38,260 bases of DNA. It comes from Burkholderiaceae bacterium (GTDB lineage: Bacteria; Pseudomonadota; Gammaproteobacteria; Burkholderiales; Burkholderiaceae_A). The first letter of the stretch is position 1; each line of letters begins with the position of its first letter. Shown here in pieces: positions 37,705-38,260 of this stretch. Under the pieces are notes generated by a model. That model searched no databases. It saw nothing but the letters and a program-made list of their open reading frames with translations, and was not told the origin of the DNA. The translations under genes and the position numbers were made by a program. Location of the stretch: contig DAIPXU010000001.1 in the NCBI GenBank assembly GCA_036783055.1, positions 1-38,260 of the forward strand, given 5' to 3'.

Positions 37705-37754
37705 GGGCTCGAAGCCCCCGAGTCCAATGGGTCGCTTCGAGGGTCCTCGGGGGG

Positions 37755-38063
37755 TTACTGCAGCTTGATCTCGACGTCGACTCCAGCGGGCAAGTCGAGC
37801 TTCATCAGGGCGTCGACCGTCTTGTCGGTGGGATCCACAATATCCATCAGTCGCTGGTGCGTCCGCAGTTCGAACTGGTCTCGCGAGGTCTTGTTGACGT
37901 GTGGGCTGCGCAGGATGTCAAAACGACGAAAGCGCGTGGGAAGCGGAACGGGGCCGCGCACCACCGCACCAGTTCGCTTGGCGGTATCAACGATCTCAAG
38001 AGCCGATTGATCAATGAGTTTGTAGTCGAAGGCTTTGAGTCGTATACGAATCTTTTGCTGCAT
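37755..38063 (-). CDS. rpsJ: 30S ribosomal protein S10 (NusE)
   Basis: [16 protein letters not shown] and [20 protein letters not shown] before the ATG at 38063. Confidence 0.99.
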   Translation of the reverse strand: MQQKIRIRLKAFDYKLIDQSALEIVDTAKRTGAVVRGPVPLPTRFRRFDILRSPHVNKTSRDQFELRTHQRLMDIVDPTDKTVDALMKLDLPAGVDVEIKLQ

Positions 38064-38115
38064 TTGCTTCTCCAAAAAAGAGCGTCTAAAGAGCGGGCCC
38101 GAAACTTCTGGGTCT

Positions 38116-38138
38116 GGGAGGGCGGGCCACCCCCTCCC
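38116..38138 (-). other. GC-rich hairpin between tuf and rpsJ
   Basis: GGGAGGG (38116-38122) pairs with CCCTCCC (38132-38138); there is no U-tract. Confidence 0.4.
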
Positions 38139-38153
38139 CGATCAGCCAGCTGC

Positions 38154-38260
38154 CTACTCGATGACTTTCGCGACGACGCCTGCGCCGACGGTTCTACCGC
38201 CTTCACGGATGGCAAAGCGCAGGCCCTGCTCCATTGCAATCGGGGCAATCAAGGTGACGA
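38154..38260 (-). CDS. tuf: Elongation factor Tu, 3' end (truncated by window edge)
   Basis: Manual translation gives [34 protein letters not shown]. Confidence 0.97.
   Translation of the reverse strand, partial: VTLIAPIAMEQGLRFAIREGGRTVGAGVVAKVIE

Noticed and set aside
37698..37730. Perfect TTGACA on the + strand (possible antisense promoter into rpsJ)
   Set aside because: There is no -10-like hexamer at 16-18 nt. It is part of the near-dyad CTTGACAAG that supplies the minus-strand -35.

Overview
About 38 kb of core chromosome from a Betaproteobacterium (Burkholderiales-like: infA sits inside the spc-alpha cluster, System II cytochrome c maturation, rpsJ directly after tuf). From left to right: the 3' part of uvrA, a histidine phosphatase, an OsmC-family gene, gltD-gltB, a RAYT/TnpA-REP-like HUH protein, aroB-aroK, mrcA (PBP1A), cyaY, lptM, lysA, msrQP, ccsB-resB-cytochrome c4, engB, hemB, the complete alpha, spc and S10 ribosomal protein clusters, and the 3' end of tuf. 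The most interesting element is an intact but apparently catalytically dead RAYT-family protein (HUH changed to EAH, catalytic Tyr changed to Trp, C-terminal AT-hook). It follows aroB in the same orientation, and its stop codon lies inside a perfect 14-bp AT-rich inverted repeat that covers the predicted gltBD promoter. This suggests a domesticated transposase acting as a regulator of glutamate synthase (inference). Other points: there is no pilMNOPQ between aroK and mrcA, only a 34-bp back-to-back, probably leaderless promoter. Several r-protein intergenic regions look structured. In-frame stops in rplC and rpsC, plus patches of missense changes in gltD, rplQ and rplC, are most likely sequencing or consensus errors. 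No rRNA, tRNA or CRISPR array was seen.
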